From an uncultured virus (IMG/VR IMGVR_UViG_3300048839_001435) (Duplodnaviria > Heunggongvirae > Uroviricota > Caudoviricetes): 64,000 nt of DNA. The DNA is taken from IMG/VR virus record IMGVR_UViG_3300048839_001435. One strand, written 5' to 3'. Shown one piece after another: positions 34,930-45,518 of this stretch. Numbering within the stretch: position 1 is the stretch's first letter; the number at the start of each line of letters is the position of its first letter. A model generated the notes under the pieces. That model was not told the DNA's origin. It searched no databases and saw only the letters and a program-made list of their open reading frames with translations. A program made the position numbers and the translations under genes.

Positions 34930-37900
34930 CTCAGGTGCGCCGTCGGGCTGCGCCGGTTGCGAGGCTTCAACACCCCTCGCAGCGCCCGGCAAAAGCTCAC
35001 GACGTAGCTTCTGCGGACGCTGCTCGCGGTGCTGACGTCTCGAAAGCTGATGCCGGTGTGGCAAGCTGATCGCGTGAGCTTGAGCGGTCGACGTAGGTCC
35101 GAGTGCCGCACATTCCACCGCGAGTAATCGCCCGCACGCAACATCGGGATCCAAAAGCGGGTCATGCGAGCCACGCATCGAAGTGGAACCGCCGTGACGG
35201 TGTCCAGCGAGGTCGTCGAGCCCGAAATCCTGTCGCGGTGTCGATCAGTCCGCACACCGGAGTGGGGAGCCGAGGCGTCGTGCCTCTGTTTTGGTTCGTA
35301 CTTCTCACACGACGTACCTTGCCGCGAATCGCGTGGAACGCGAACAGGCGTAGTACGTGCGTGATTACCGGCGTCATCGGGCCTTGCGCTTCGCGGCTAG
35401 GAGCAGCTCGACAGCGGGGTCGATCGTCGCCCAGTCCCGTGGCGTCGCGATCGGGACGACGACTTCGTTCTTGGTCAACCGATCGTGCTCGTCGAAGAGG
35501 CGGTTCCACGTCCGTCCTCGGGCGACCCACGCCGCGGTGGAGATGTGTTGCGGTTTGTCTGACGCCGTCTGGTAGTGGTAGTCCTCCAGCTCCGGGGCTC
35601 GACGAACGCCGACGAGCGCGCCCGAGAGGAACCCGTAGGCGTGGGGGCGAATCAACCAACGCCGGCCAGTCCAGTTCAAACGCAGCTCGGCGTTGGGGGT
35701 GAAGAACGGGTCCGCCTGGCGCTGACGCGTACGCAGCCACTTCGCTGCGGTCATGTAGTCGATCTTCGCGATCGGATCGGCGAGCATCTTGCGCAGCTCG
35801 GCGCGTCCCTCGGAGTCTGCGAGGAGCGACTCGTACAGCTGCGCCGTGATCTGCTTGGCGTTGCGGATCGCCCGTTTGCGCAGCCGCGCGATCGTCTTCC
35901 ACACGTCGTGTCCGCGCTTCAGCCGGTACGCTTCGTAGATTCTGACGCTCATCCCAACCTTCCTAGGTGGCTCTTGGGTCCGGGGTGCCGGCGCATGATC
36001 GTATAGAGCTTGTACCGTAATCCCGCACGACCGTCGATCTGCGCGCCCGGAGATGTGCGGCAGTCGCTGTGCGACAAGCTGAGGACAAACTTCGTTCGGC
36101 TGCCGCTGCTGCCTTGCGTAAAGCGCGCCCAGGAGGTGCTTTCCTGCACACGCCAGACGCGGATCCGAAAGCAGAACTCGGCGAGGAGGGTTAAGCCAGC
36201 CACGTGCAGGTCCGTCGTGGGCCAGGTTGCGAGGCGGTCCTTAGGAGGTGCGGCTTGTGTGATCGACAGCTGCTGCGGACTCGGGGCCACCACGATCGAC
36301 TTGTGCTGCTACGGACATCGCAGCTGATCCACAACCGTACGGTCACGAGATGCGCAAGACGGTGTAGTTGAGCCCGTTCGGCGGCTGCCGACGACGGATC
36401 TCGTCGGAGAGGAGCCTCAGCCTGAACACCGACGCCGTCGCTTTGCGGACGTCCATGGTCCGAAAGAGGGCGCGCTCGACTTCCCCCATGACGTTCGGGT
36501 ACCAGGCGACGAACCGGCGCCAGTCGAGCACCTGGAGGGCGATCTCCTTGTACTCGCCGGCAGGAATGTCGACGTCGATGCGCAGCGCGATCGCGTCGAT
36601 GGGGATCCGATCCCGCCGGGCCAACGCGATGACCGCCGCGAGGGCGACGTCGAGGTCGTAGATGACGACGGCCGCGGTCGAGCTACGCTCAGCTTCGAGC
36701 GGTACTGGCACGCCGTCGGAGGCGTCGGCGTCGCTGCCGCCACCCAGATGCACCCGAACCGTCTCGTTGTCGACGACCTGCCACGACACGCTGGCGACCC
36801 CCAGCGGTGGCGTCTCGACCCGCGAGGTTTCTTCGTCAGGCAGCGCCGTCGGAACCGAATCCCTGCGCAGCATCATGCGGCGACTGTATGACAGCCGATG
36901 CGCGTCGTCAATGTTTCGCGACGCGCGCCTGAGGCACTTCGGCTTTCGTCGACGCTTTCAGCTTTGTGGCCCGCGTGAGCCGGGCGCCGACCCACAAACC
37001 CGCGACGATCGGCAGCCAAAGAACAACCACAACTGGCCAGAACACTCCCATCAGGTGGCTGTCCAGAACGTCGTTGCAGTCGACGCACTTGTAGACGCGA
37101 CACGTTCGGCGATGCCGGGCGGCCGTTCCAGGGCCCAGCAGCGGCAGTACCTGAGACAGCACCGCTCCGATGAAGGTGTAGGTGCAAGCTCCGATCAGGG
37201 CGACGACAGCGATGGCGATAGGCGTCACGACGATTCCTCCGGTTTGAGACTCAGCTTGCCTCGGGTGTACAGGCCCTTCAGCAGCTTGACGCAGGTCGTG
37301 CAGTCGTGGGTGCCTGCGTCTTGTGGGACGGCGACGAGCGGCGCACGGTAGCCGGTGAAGCTCCACTTGTTGCACAGCGAGCTGTCCTTGCCGGCCAAGA
37401 AGAAGTGCGTCTTGCGCGACAGCGTCGGATGTCCCCAGCCTTCGGCCAAGGCGGACGGCTCGGGCAGCGTCGGCGCCAGTTCGGGCTCAGCCGCCGTACG
37501 CTCTGGAGACAGCGGGAACGCGACGCAGTGCCGGACGATCCACGCGGCGACGATGTTCGGCATGGCTGGCGGCTTGGCCACCCGCATGCCCTTCTTCTCG
37601 TGCCAATCGTAGGACCGCTGGGCTTCTTCGAGCAGCTCAGCCGACACCGTGTACCTGGGCGACATCTAGCTTGAAAGACTACACTTGCCGTCTGACATCC
37701 GTTCGCGCTGTGCTGCGGCGGCAAGCGTGATCACGATGCTGAGGGTCTTGAGGAGGTTGTGGTAGCTCTCGGTGATGTCGATCTCGCACGTCGCCGCCTC
37801 TCGCGGATCCTTGAAGCACGCCGTACACGTCTTCCACGATCGGAAGTCCAGATCGTCGAAGTCGATGGCGATCGGTCCGATGTGCTCGTCGCAGACGACC

Positions 37901-38807
37901 GTCAGCTCGTTCGTATCGTACGATCGCCACTCGATGTATAGGATGGCCACGGCTACTTCTTCTTCTCGACGACGCGTGCCGCCGGGATGCCGCCATCTCG
38001 TCGCGGGCCGCGTCCGATAGTGACGCCGATCTTGACGATCGCGTGGACCGCCCCAGCGACGAGTGTGACGGGGAAGAAGACGGACATCACCACGAGCCAA
38101 AAGCGGCGGTCACACTCCGCGCAGTAAGCGGCGGTGCAGGAGTTCCGATCGTGATTCGTTGCGGAGAAATTCCAACCCAGCCGCCACGTGTCGTATCGGA
38201 GAATGCCGTGCATCACAGCAGCAAGGAACGTCCAGCCGAAGCCGACTCCGACGAGGACAGCGGGGAACAACCACGCGCTCTCGCGGCCGATGCACCAAGG
38301 CATCACAACGGCCTCCACTCCGACCACTCGTAGTATTTGACCGCGTGGCAGATGCCGCAGAGCTTGCCCGTGCGCATCGTCTGACGGCCGTACCCGTTGT
38401 CGTGCTCCCAGGAGTAGTCGTCAACGTAGCGCATCGGGTGGTCACAGTCCTTCGCGAGCGCGCTGCGCGCCGCGTCCAACTTCACCGCCCAGTGACGTAC
38501 CTTGTCGCGCGCGTGTTCGTACGCCTTGAGCCGCGTGCGACGTTCGGCGGCCTTCGTCACGGCGCCTCCGATTGCCGCAGGCGGTAGGCGCCGGCGACGG
38601 TCTTGGGGTCCTCGGGGTTGGGTTCGATGGTCTTGACGGCCAAGCCGTTGGCGACCAGCGAATCCATGACCGCGCGTGTCCGCGACCAGCTGCCCATCCG
38701 CCAGCTGCCTTGCACGTCCCGCCAGACGCGGATCGCCTTGAGGATGTTGAGGGCCGACTGCTGCGCCCGGCCCAAGCTCGGCTTGGGGGTCTTTGTCATT
38801 GCCATCT
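34926..38807 (-). other. Run of small hypothetical genes (e.g. 35374-35952, 36343-36876, 37225-37665)
   Basis: Abutting or overlapping minus-strand ORFs; some TM segments and Cys motifs. Confidence 0.55.
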
Positions 38808-38846
38808 GATAGATACTCCAACGGTGTGACGCCAAGGCCCGTTTCC

Positions 38847-38871
38847 GATCCTGGCTGCGATCTGGTAGGAT
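38847..38871 (+). promoter_or_regulatory. GATC box (GATCCTGGCTGCGATC) plus -10 TAGGAT
   Basis: -10 ends 7 nt before ATG 38879. Confidence 0.75.
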
Positions 38872-38878
38872 GGCCGCC

Positions 38879-39151
38879 ATGGACATCATCAAGCACTTCC
38901 TGTCGGCGATCGCCGGATCCAAGAAGGCCGTCGCGACGGTCGCGGCGATCATCTTGGTCCTGCTCCAGCCTCAGCTCGCGCGGATCAACATCGACGTCAC
39001 GCAGGCCGAGCTGGAGCAGATCCTCCTCGCGCTGTTGGTCTACGTCGGGGCGCAGGGCGTCGCGGATCTGGGCAAGGAGAAGGCCAAGGTCGAGGCGGTG
39101 GCAGCCGCACCGCTCGTCGGGGTCGTCTCCGGCGAGACCGGCCCCAAGTAG
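38879..39151 (+). CDS. Holin-like two-TM protein
   Basis: SKKAVATVAAIILV...ILLALLVYVGAQGVADLGK. Confidence 0.7.
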   Translation: MDIIKHFLSAIAGSKKAVATVAAIILVLLQPQLARINIDVTQAELEQILLALLVYVGAQGVADLGKEKAKVEAVAAAPLVGVVSGETGPK

Positions 39152-39240
39152 GAGGTCGTCATGTGGTTCGCCGCCGCGGTCGCGCTTGTGACCATCCTGT
39201 TCATCGTCGCCGTCGGCGACGCTTTCAAGGACCGTTGACG

Positions 39241-39474
39241 ATGGCCTGGCTACTCAACTCTCGGCAGAAGCGCGCCGTGGCCTACGCCGCCGGAGGCCGC
39301 TGCTCGTTCGCGCAGGCGACCCTCCGCGACGAGTTCCGCCGGCTGCGGCGCGAGGGGGTCACGAACCCGCTCGAAGATCGCGCGTACCGCAAGGCGAGCG
39401 TTCGCGTACGGGAGCGCTGCGGCTCAGCTCTCGGCATGGCGGCGCCGCTGCGTCGCCGAGGAGGTCGGCGATGA
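39241..39474 (+). CDS. Small basic protein
   Basis: Ends ALGMAAPLRRRGGRR. Confidence 0.65.
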   Translation: MAWLLNSRQKRAVAYAAGGRCSFAQATLRDEFRRLRREGVTNPLEDRAYRKASVRVRERCGSALGMAAPLRRRGGRR

Positions 39475-39899
39475 AGGATCTGAACATGGTGAAGACGCGT
39501 GCCATGGCTCCGGCGCTGACGGCGCTGATGCTCGCGGTGACGTTGGTGCTCGGCGTCGTCGGCTGCGGTGACAGCGCACGCAACAAGGCGCTCAACCAGA
39601 GCCTGACGGCGCTCAACACCGCCCGGGACGGCTTCATCGCGTGGGACGAGGGGCACCAGACCCAGATCGTCGACCGCGCCGAGTCGTTCGACGTCGGCAA
39701 CGCCGCTCTCCAGGCGTACTACCAGCAGCGCGCGCCGGTCTTGGCCGGCTTCGAGGCCGCCTACCGCCTGCTGGCGATCGCGGCGTTCGACCCGACGGCG
39801 GGCAACGCCCTCAAGGTCTACGTGCAGCTGCTGGAGCTGTGGGACCTGCTCAAGCAGCTGACTGGCGACGCGCCCGCGGCGCCCCCGGAGGCCAAGTAG
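39471..39899 (+). CDS. Helical lipoprotein
   Basis: Signal peptide and lipobox VVGC. Confidence 0.75.
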   Translation: MKDLNMVKTRAMAPALTALMLAVTLVLGVVGCGDSARNKALNQSLTALNTARDGFIAWDEGHQTQIVDRAESFDVGNAALQAYYQQRAPVLAGFEAAYRLLAIAAFDPTAGNALKVYVQLLELWDLLKQLTGDAPAAPPEAK

Positions 39900-40229
39900 A
39901 TGTCGTGCGCCAAGGCCAAGCGCCTCAAGGAGCGCGTCAAGGACGACCTGGGAAAGCTGCGCGTGCTGCAAGTCCAGCTCGAAAGCGCCAGCAGCCAGCG
40001 TATGGACTACGTCCGTGACGAGCGCCGTCGCGGCGGTTCCGTCATGACGCCGACGGGCATGGCACGACCCAGCGTCGAGCGCGCGCGGATGCTCCGCGCC
40101 GAGATCGCCAGGCTCCAGGACAAGATCGTCCAGCGCTACGCCGAGGGCGAGCGGCTGTGGAAGCAGAGCGGGTGCGTCGGCGACTTCGCCCTCGCAGGTG
40201 CTGCGCGCCGACGGAGCCGCCGGCGGTGA
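39900..40229 (+). CDS. Small basic coiled-coil protein
   Basis: Cys near both ends; ends LAGAARRRSRRR. Confidence 0.7.
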   Translation: MSCAKAKRLKERVKDDLGKLRVLQVQLESASSQRMDYVRDERRRGGSVMTPTGMARPSVERARMLRAEIARLQDKIVQRYAEGERLWKQSGCVGDFALAGAARRRSRRR

Positions 40230-40230
40230 C

Positions 40231-40905
40231 ATGAATCTGCTCGTAGATCTTCCTGGCAGACCTCCGGCGTGGCTCAGCGGCGCGGACGAGATCGCCGCGT
40301 TCCTGGCGTCGCAGTCCGTCTTCAAGTTCGCACGCGGGGGCGCTGAAGCGGCGCAGTACGTCGCGGCGCTCATCGACGAGGCCCCCAACGCGCGCTACAT
40401 CGATGGCGTCGCGACAGCGAAAGGCGTTCGGGCGATTCTGCTGACGCTCCAGGGGGTGTCATCGAGGGCGCAGCCGTTGATGACTTCGGTGTTCCGCTGG
40501 CGCGATGAGCGGGTCACGGCAGCCGCGATCGCGTCCGACGTCGGGCTCGGGTACGCGTTCGACGAGCAGTCGAGTTCCTACGTCTTCGTTGCGTTCCGCT
40601 GGGACCCCAACGAGGCGGTGTATCGATTTCGGGTACGCTACGTCGACGCTGTCTCCGACGGTGAAGGCGGCTGGGACTACAACGACGTCACCGAGTCGAG
40701 CAACTTCGTGTGGCTGCGCGGCCAGCACGACGCGCTGCGCGCCTTGATCGACGGCGGCATCCTCTTCGACGACGCCGCGGACACCCTCGAAATCGACGAC
40801 GACTTCTCGTCTGACAGCCCGCGCTACATCGTGCGGCGCAAGAGCAACGGCAAGCCGATCCTGGAGCTGGTACGCGCCCGCGAAACCGACGACGAACGGA
40901 GCTAG
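40231..40905 (+). CDS. Hypothetical acidic protein
   Basis: ATG 1 nt after the previous stop. Confidence 0.65.
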   Translation: MNLLVDLPGRPPAWLSGADEIAAFLASQSVFKFARGGAEAAQYVAALIDEAPNARYIDGVATAKGVRAILLTLQGVSSRAQPLMTSVFRWRDERVTAAAIASDVGLGYAFDEQSSSYVFVAFRWDPNEAVYRFRVRYVDAVSDGEGGWDYNDVTESSNFVWLRGQHDALRALIDGGILFDDAADTLEIDDDFSSDSPRYIVRRKSNGKPILELVRARETDDERS

Positions 40906-40907
40906 CT

Positions 40908-41201
40908 ATGGCATTCGCTGTTCCCAAGACCAAGTCCTTGAGCACTCTCCTCGGCCTGCTCGACATCACCGTGCAGGTGCTGAACTTCATCGCCAAGGCC
41001 ACCAAGTCACCGCTCGACGATCAAGCCCCGCTCATCGTCAGCGCGATCCGCGCCGCGCTCGCCCAGGCCGAGTCGGGCTTCGCCGGCAAGACGACGCCGG
41101 AGAGGGTCCGCGAGGCGCTCGCTGAGCTGCGCACCGCCATCGCCGCCAACGACAAGCTCGCTCTCGAACGCCTGCGCAAGAAGTTCGGCCGGCAGAGCTA
41201 G
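40908..41201 (+). CDS. Small amphipathic protein
   Basis: ORF track; TKSPLDD motif. Confidence 0.65.
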   Translation: MAFAVPKTKSLSTLLGLLDITVQVLNFIAKATKSPLDDQAPLIVSAIRAALAQAESGFAGKTTPERVREALAELRTAIAANDKLALERLRKKFGRQS

Positions 41202-41629
41202 CCCAGACGCGCTTGCAGTCGACGCGCAGGACACGGGGTGTCGCGCGAGCCGAAGTAGTGCTGGCCATCTGTGATGACGATGCTCGGCGAGCGCCGAGCA
41301 CAGTTGCCGCGCTGGAACGTCGACGTCGATACCGCCCAGAAGAGCTGCTGCGTCACCAGGCTCTGCCGCATCTTCGTTCGATTTTCGAGGCTGTGCCGAA
41401 AGCAGGCTTCGGCGCCACGTACGATTGCGATCATGCGAGGGCTCCAGGTCCGCGTGAGATCGTCTTACAGCGTGGGAGCATCCCGGCCAAGACGGGCCAG
41501 TAGCCGAGCCGGCTACGCTGGACGCTACCAAGTGGCATCGACCAGTTGCGTCCGCTCGACTTCGACCCCCAGAGGCATCCAGACAGCGTACGCGACCCTC
41601 CTGGGGGAGACATGCTAGTCTGGTAGGCG

Positions 41630-41887
41630 ATGAGCAAGAAGGTGTGCACGCCCGAGGTCTCGGCACAGATCGCCGCGCTCAAGGCCAAGTTCGAGGAACG
41701 GGACGCGCTGGTCAAGGAACTTCGCGCGTCGTTGGTCCAGACCGGCTACCGCCTCGATCTGCCGCCGGCGCAGCTCAACGCCCGCGAGCAGCGGGTGTCT
41801 CGGCGGCTGGAGCTGCTGGAGCGCCGCGCGGCGGTCGCCAAGACTCAGTTCGAGAAGCTCTCCCGCGCGCTGAAGTGCGGAGGCTGA
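41630..41887 (+). CDS. Small coiled-coil protein with terminal Cys residues
   Basis: Architecture like 39900-40229. Confidence 0.65.
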   Translation: MSKKVCTPEVSAQIAALKAKFEERDALVKELRASLVQTGYRLDLPPAQLNAREQRVSRRLELLERRAAVAKTQFEKLSRALKCGG

Positions 41888-41891
41888 GTCC

Positions 41892-42290
41892 GTGGCAGCC
41901 AAGTGCGCGCGCATCCGGTACGCACTGAGCGTTCGAGAGCTGCCCGACGCGGTCGTCGTCACGGCACAAGCCAAGATCGCCGGTGTCCAGGTTGGCGCCG
42001 TCTCTGCGCTCGTCCGCGACGGGGACTTCCAAGTCGATCAGGCGTTCGTCGCCCCCAAGTACCGTCGTTGTGGCGTCGCAACGACGCTGTACACGAAGAT
42101 CGCCAAGCACGGCTGCGAGCGCGGTCTGGCCCTGAAGTCCGACACCAGCCTGTCCAAGCCCGCGCGCGGCTTCTGGCGCAAGCAGGAGCGGAAAGGCCGC
42201 GCGCGCTTCGTGAAGACCTCTAACGACTACGACAGCTACTACCAGCTCGTCTGTCCGGTCACGACGCTGCGCGGCGCGCGACGCCGCTGA
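41892..42290 (+). CDS. GNAT acetyltransferase
   Basis: FVAPKYRRCGVATTLY motif A; SDTSLS..ARGFW; ends TLRGARRR. Confidence 0.85.
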   Translation: MAAKCARIRYALSVRELPDAVVVTAQAKIAGVQVGAVSALVRDGDFQVDQAFVAPKYRRCGVATTLYTKIAKHGCERGLALKSDTSLSKPARGFWRKQERKGRARFVKTSNDYDSYYQLVCPVTTLRGARRR

Positions 42291-42653
42291 TCACACCGGC
42301 GACGGTTTGATGATCACCTCGGCGCGCGTCGCGCGGAGCAGGTGAGCCATCCGCGCACGCCCTTGCCGGTTCCAGCTGTGGATGATGATCGTCTTGGGCA
42401 CTCGATTCGGGGGCAGCTTCGCGATGTACTCGGCGACGTTCGTGCCCGAGGGTACCGGCGACGGTAGCCCCGCAGCCTGCATCCAGTCCAGGTCGTGGTC
42501 GAGCTGCGCCACGTCGAACGGGGTGGTCGCCGCGTCCAACGCTCTGACGCATTCGTCGTACGAGTAGGCGTGCGTGATCGTCCACCAGCGGTACTGCTCC
42601 GCGTAGTGTGCGTGGCGCTGGGGGTCGTCGTCGAGGAGCAGAAGCGTGGGCAT
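42291..42653 (-). CDS. Cyclic-phosphate-processing receiver-domain protein
   Basis: LLLDDD..R, LDHDL, G..VA..I, IIIHSWN..G..RM. Confidence 0.8.
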   Translation of the reverse strand: MPTLLLLDDDPQRHAHYAEQYRWWTITHAYSYDECVRALDAATTPFDVAQLDHDLDWMQAAGLPSPVPSGTNVAEYIAKLPPNRVPKTIIIHSWNRQGRARMAHLLRATRAEVIIKPSPV

Positions 42654-42658
42654 CCCTT

Positions 42659-42686
42659 GATCCTGGCTGCGATCTGAGCGTAGACT
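42659..42686 (+). promoter_or_regulatory. GATC box (GATCCTGGCTGCGATC) plus -10 TAGACT
   Basis: Upstream of the operon starting at 42726. Confidence 0.75.
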
Positions 42687-42725
42687 TTGGGGGAACTGCT
42701 CATCTGAGCATACAGGGCACACCCC

Positions 42726-43540
42726 ATGGCAAGTATCTTCACGCTCGAAGGCCCCCAGGTCGAGCCGCAGGTGCGCCTGCTCGGCCTCTCGCCGACCGGC
42801 AAGGATGCGCTCGGCATCGTCCTGGCGCTCGTCGGTGGCGTCGCGCTAGGCGCTGGCGCGCTGTGGTTCGTCCAGCGCCGGCGGCGGCCCAGCGGAGGCG
42901 GCATCGCCGGCCTCTTCGGCGCCTCGAAGAAGCGTCGCCGCAAGGGCAAGGGCCGCCGGCGGAGCCGGAGCCGGAGGTAGCTCGTGAAGCGTCCCAAGTA
43001 CGCCCTGTTCGGGCCGAGCCTGCAGGAGTTCAAGTGCCTGGGCGCGGCCTCGACGCCGTCGCGTGAGGCGGCGTGGGACATGGCGGCGCTCGCCGGCGCG
43101 GCGTGGGGTGCGTGGATCGGCAACCGCTACGACCGTCCTGCGACGGGCGCGTTCATCGGTGCCGCTGCGCCCGTACTTGCGCACTGGCTGGTGTTCGCCT
43201 ACCAGACCAAGTTCCAGAAGGCGTGAAGCGCAAGTCCAACAAGGCCGGTCTGGGCGCGCCGACGCGAGTCCACCGCATCCAGTACGCCTCTCGGGTCGCT
43301 GACACCGAGAGGCTGCTGGCGCACGTGCGCACGCAGCTCAAGATCGGCGACTGCGCCGCCGCCGTCGAGGTGCTCGTCGGCGCGGCCGAGAACCTAGGCG
43401 CGGTCGCCGTGCACGCGGACAGCTTCAAGGGCAAGAGCCGTCAGCTCCACTTCACGGAGCGGGATGACTGGAAGCGTCTCAAGGACGAGGTGACGGCGTT
43501 GGTCGGCGCGGTCGACCGCTGTTTCGTGAGGAAGCCATGA
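42726..43540 (+). other. Three small ORFs: 42726-42980 (TM plus poly-basic tail), 42984-43226 (two TM), 43223-43540
   Basis: Coupled ORFs; LEG, LFGA and GLGA motifs. Confidence 0.7.
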
Positions 43541-44793
43541 GCACGTTGACACTACTCAGCCGGCAACGCGTGTGGCTCGCCGACCTCGTTCAAGCGTTCA
43601 ACTGGGACTCCGAGCAGATCTTCAAGGACATGATCGCGTCCCGAGGACGGCCGACGCGCCCAGAAAGCCTGACGGTGCGGCTGCAGCTCTACCGCCAGCA
43701 TTACGCGGCCGTGTTCAAGGAAGCACTGACGCTTCAGTCCAGCGACGCTCGTAGGGCTCAGCGTAGCTTCGCTGAGGCGCTCCTCGACACGTCGCGCGCG
43801 TTCAACGAAGCGATCGAAGAAGTTACCGTAGCGCTCTCCGAGGCCGAACGACTGTCGCGCCAAACCGTCGAGTCATTCGGCTACGCAGCCCAAGATATGG
43901 GGCTGCTGTTCGGCGAGTACGCGAAGATGTCGAACCCGCTCATCGACATTCCCGCGGCGCGGACGGCGACCATCGAAGGTTTCAACACGCGGGTGATCGT
44001 CGATCTTCCGCAGCGCTTCATCCAGGAAGCGATCGAACGCGGCATCGACCTCAACCGTGAGCTGAACGACGTCTTCGGCCGTGCGCGGTACGCGCTACGC
44101 AAGTACCGCGAGCGCGCGCAGACCGCCATGCCGTGGCTGTTGACCCACGCGTTGCCGCTCGACATCCTCATCGCGAATCCGACGCAAGACCGGAGCGTCG
44201 TCTCCGGGCGGTATCTTCATGGACACATCCAGCTATTCCTGCTGGGTGACCTCAGCACAGACCCAGCGACGTTCATCGAAACGCTGGCCCACGAGATGGG
44301 CCACCACATTTGGCGCAGCCGCCTGAGCGCGGCGACACGCTCGGTGTGGGCAGCTTCCCGCGGCCTCTTGACGAACCTCGATCTGCAGACGATCCTCGAA
44401 CGGTGGCAGCGCGCTGCGGCGCGCGACCCCGAGGCGAGTACGCTCATCGGGTTCGTCGAAGTGCTCGACGCCAGCGACGACCCGCGCGATCACGACCTCG
44501 CTGTTCAGATCGAGAACCTCGTCCGCAAGCAGAGAGACGCCGGAGGCCCGCATCCGCTGCCGAACCACGTGACGCTGGCGCTCGCGATGGCGATGGGCGC
44601 AGAGTCGGTGGAGGTCGTCGGTCGGCCGATCACGGTCTACGCCGAGACCAACGCCGAAGAGGCGTTCTGCGAAGCCTTCGGGCTTCTGATGGCGTACGGA
44701 CCGAGGCGCGTGCCGCCCGACGTCGCGTTGGTGATGGAGCGCGTGCTGCCGGAGTTCAAGTTCCGTCAGGTGCGTCCGCTGCGCGGCGTCTAA
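43537..44793 (+). CDS. Zincin metallopeptidase (anthrax lethal-factor-like signature)
   Basis: LAHEMGHH; YAETNAEEAFCEAF; ends PLRGV. Confidence 0.8.
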   Translation: MSTLTLLSRQRVWLADLVQAFNWDSEQIFKDMIASRGRPTRPESLTVRLQLYRQHYAAVFKEALTLQSSDARRAQRSFAEALLDTSRAFNEAIEEVTVALSEAERLSRQTVESFGYAAQDMGLLFGEYAKMSNPLIDIPAARTATIEGFNTRVIVDLPQRFIQEAIERGIDLNRELNDVFGRARYALRKYRERAQTAMPWLLTHALPLDILIANPTQDRSVVSGRYLHGHIQLFLLGDLSTDPATFIETLAHEMGHHIWRSRLSAATRSVWAASRGLLTNLDLQTILERWQRAAARDPEASTLIGFVEVLDASDDPRDHDLAVQIENLVRKQRDAGGPHPLPNHVTLALAMAMGAESVEVVGRPITVYAETNAEEAFCEAFGLLMAYGPRRVPPDVALVMERVLPEFKFRQVRPLRGV

Positions 44794-45487
44794 GGCGATG
44801 CTATAGGCGCGGTTGGTCCTCCTGCGGGCGTCCGAACCAGCGCCGGAACCTTGCGCGCCAGCCGCTCTGTGCTTCGAGCTGATCTGCCAGCGCACGGCAT
44901 TGTGCCTGGACGTAGCCGAGGGTTCGATAGACCTCGTGGGCGTCGGGGTCTCGGCCGTTGCGCGGTACGAGGTCGCTGACTCCGTCTGGAGTCTCGTCGC
45001 CGAGGCAGTCGCAGCGGAACTCGACGTAGGCGAAGCTGCTCAGGCCCCCGGCCTTGTCCGCGCGGCAGAGCCTCAGCGGGCCGTGGCCCTTGACGAAGGG
45101 CAGCGCCGCCTTGGCACGGTGCGCCGGCAACCCCACGTAGCCGACCCAATGGCCTGCCTCGCGCCGGATCGCGATCAGGTGGCGGTCGGGACCTTCCTCG
45201 ACCCAGTAGTCTGGTTCGTTCAGCCAGGGGCGATCTCGCAGCAGCATCACGCTCTCTTACTACGTACGTATGACACGCCAGTTGCGACGATCTTGACGAT
45301 CCGGAAGTCTTGCCGACGCTCAGACAGCAGCTTGCCGTTGCCGTCGAAGTTGGCGTAGCTGTCGGTGAACCGCCGCAGGGCCTTGTTCAAGGGCAGGGGT
45401 CCTTCCCACGCCGTGCCGGGATACGGGATGCCAAGCTCCTTCTTGTAGATCCAGAACTCCACGACTTTCCGCACTTGGATGTCTCCT

Positions 45488-45512
45488 GATCCTTGCTGGG
45501 ATCTGTTATAGT
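45488..45512 (+). promoter_or_regulatory. GATC box variant (GATCCTTGCTGGGATC) plus -10 TATAGT
   Basis: -10 ends 6 nt before GTG 45519. Confidence 0.7.
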
Positions 45513-45518
45513 GGCCCC

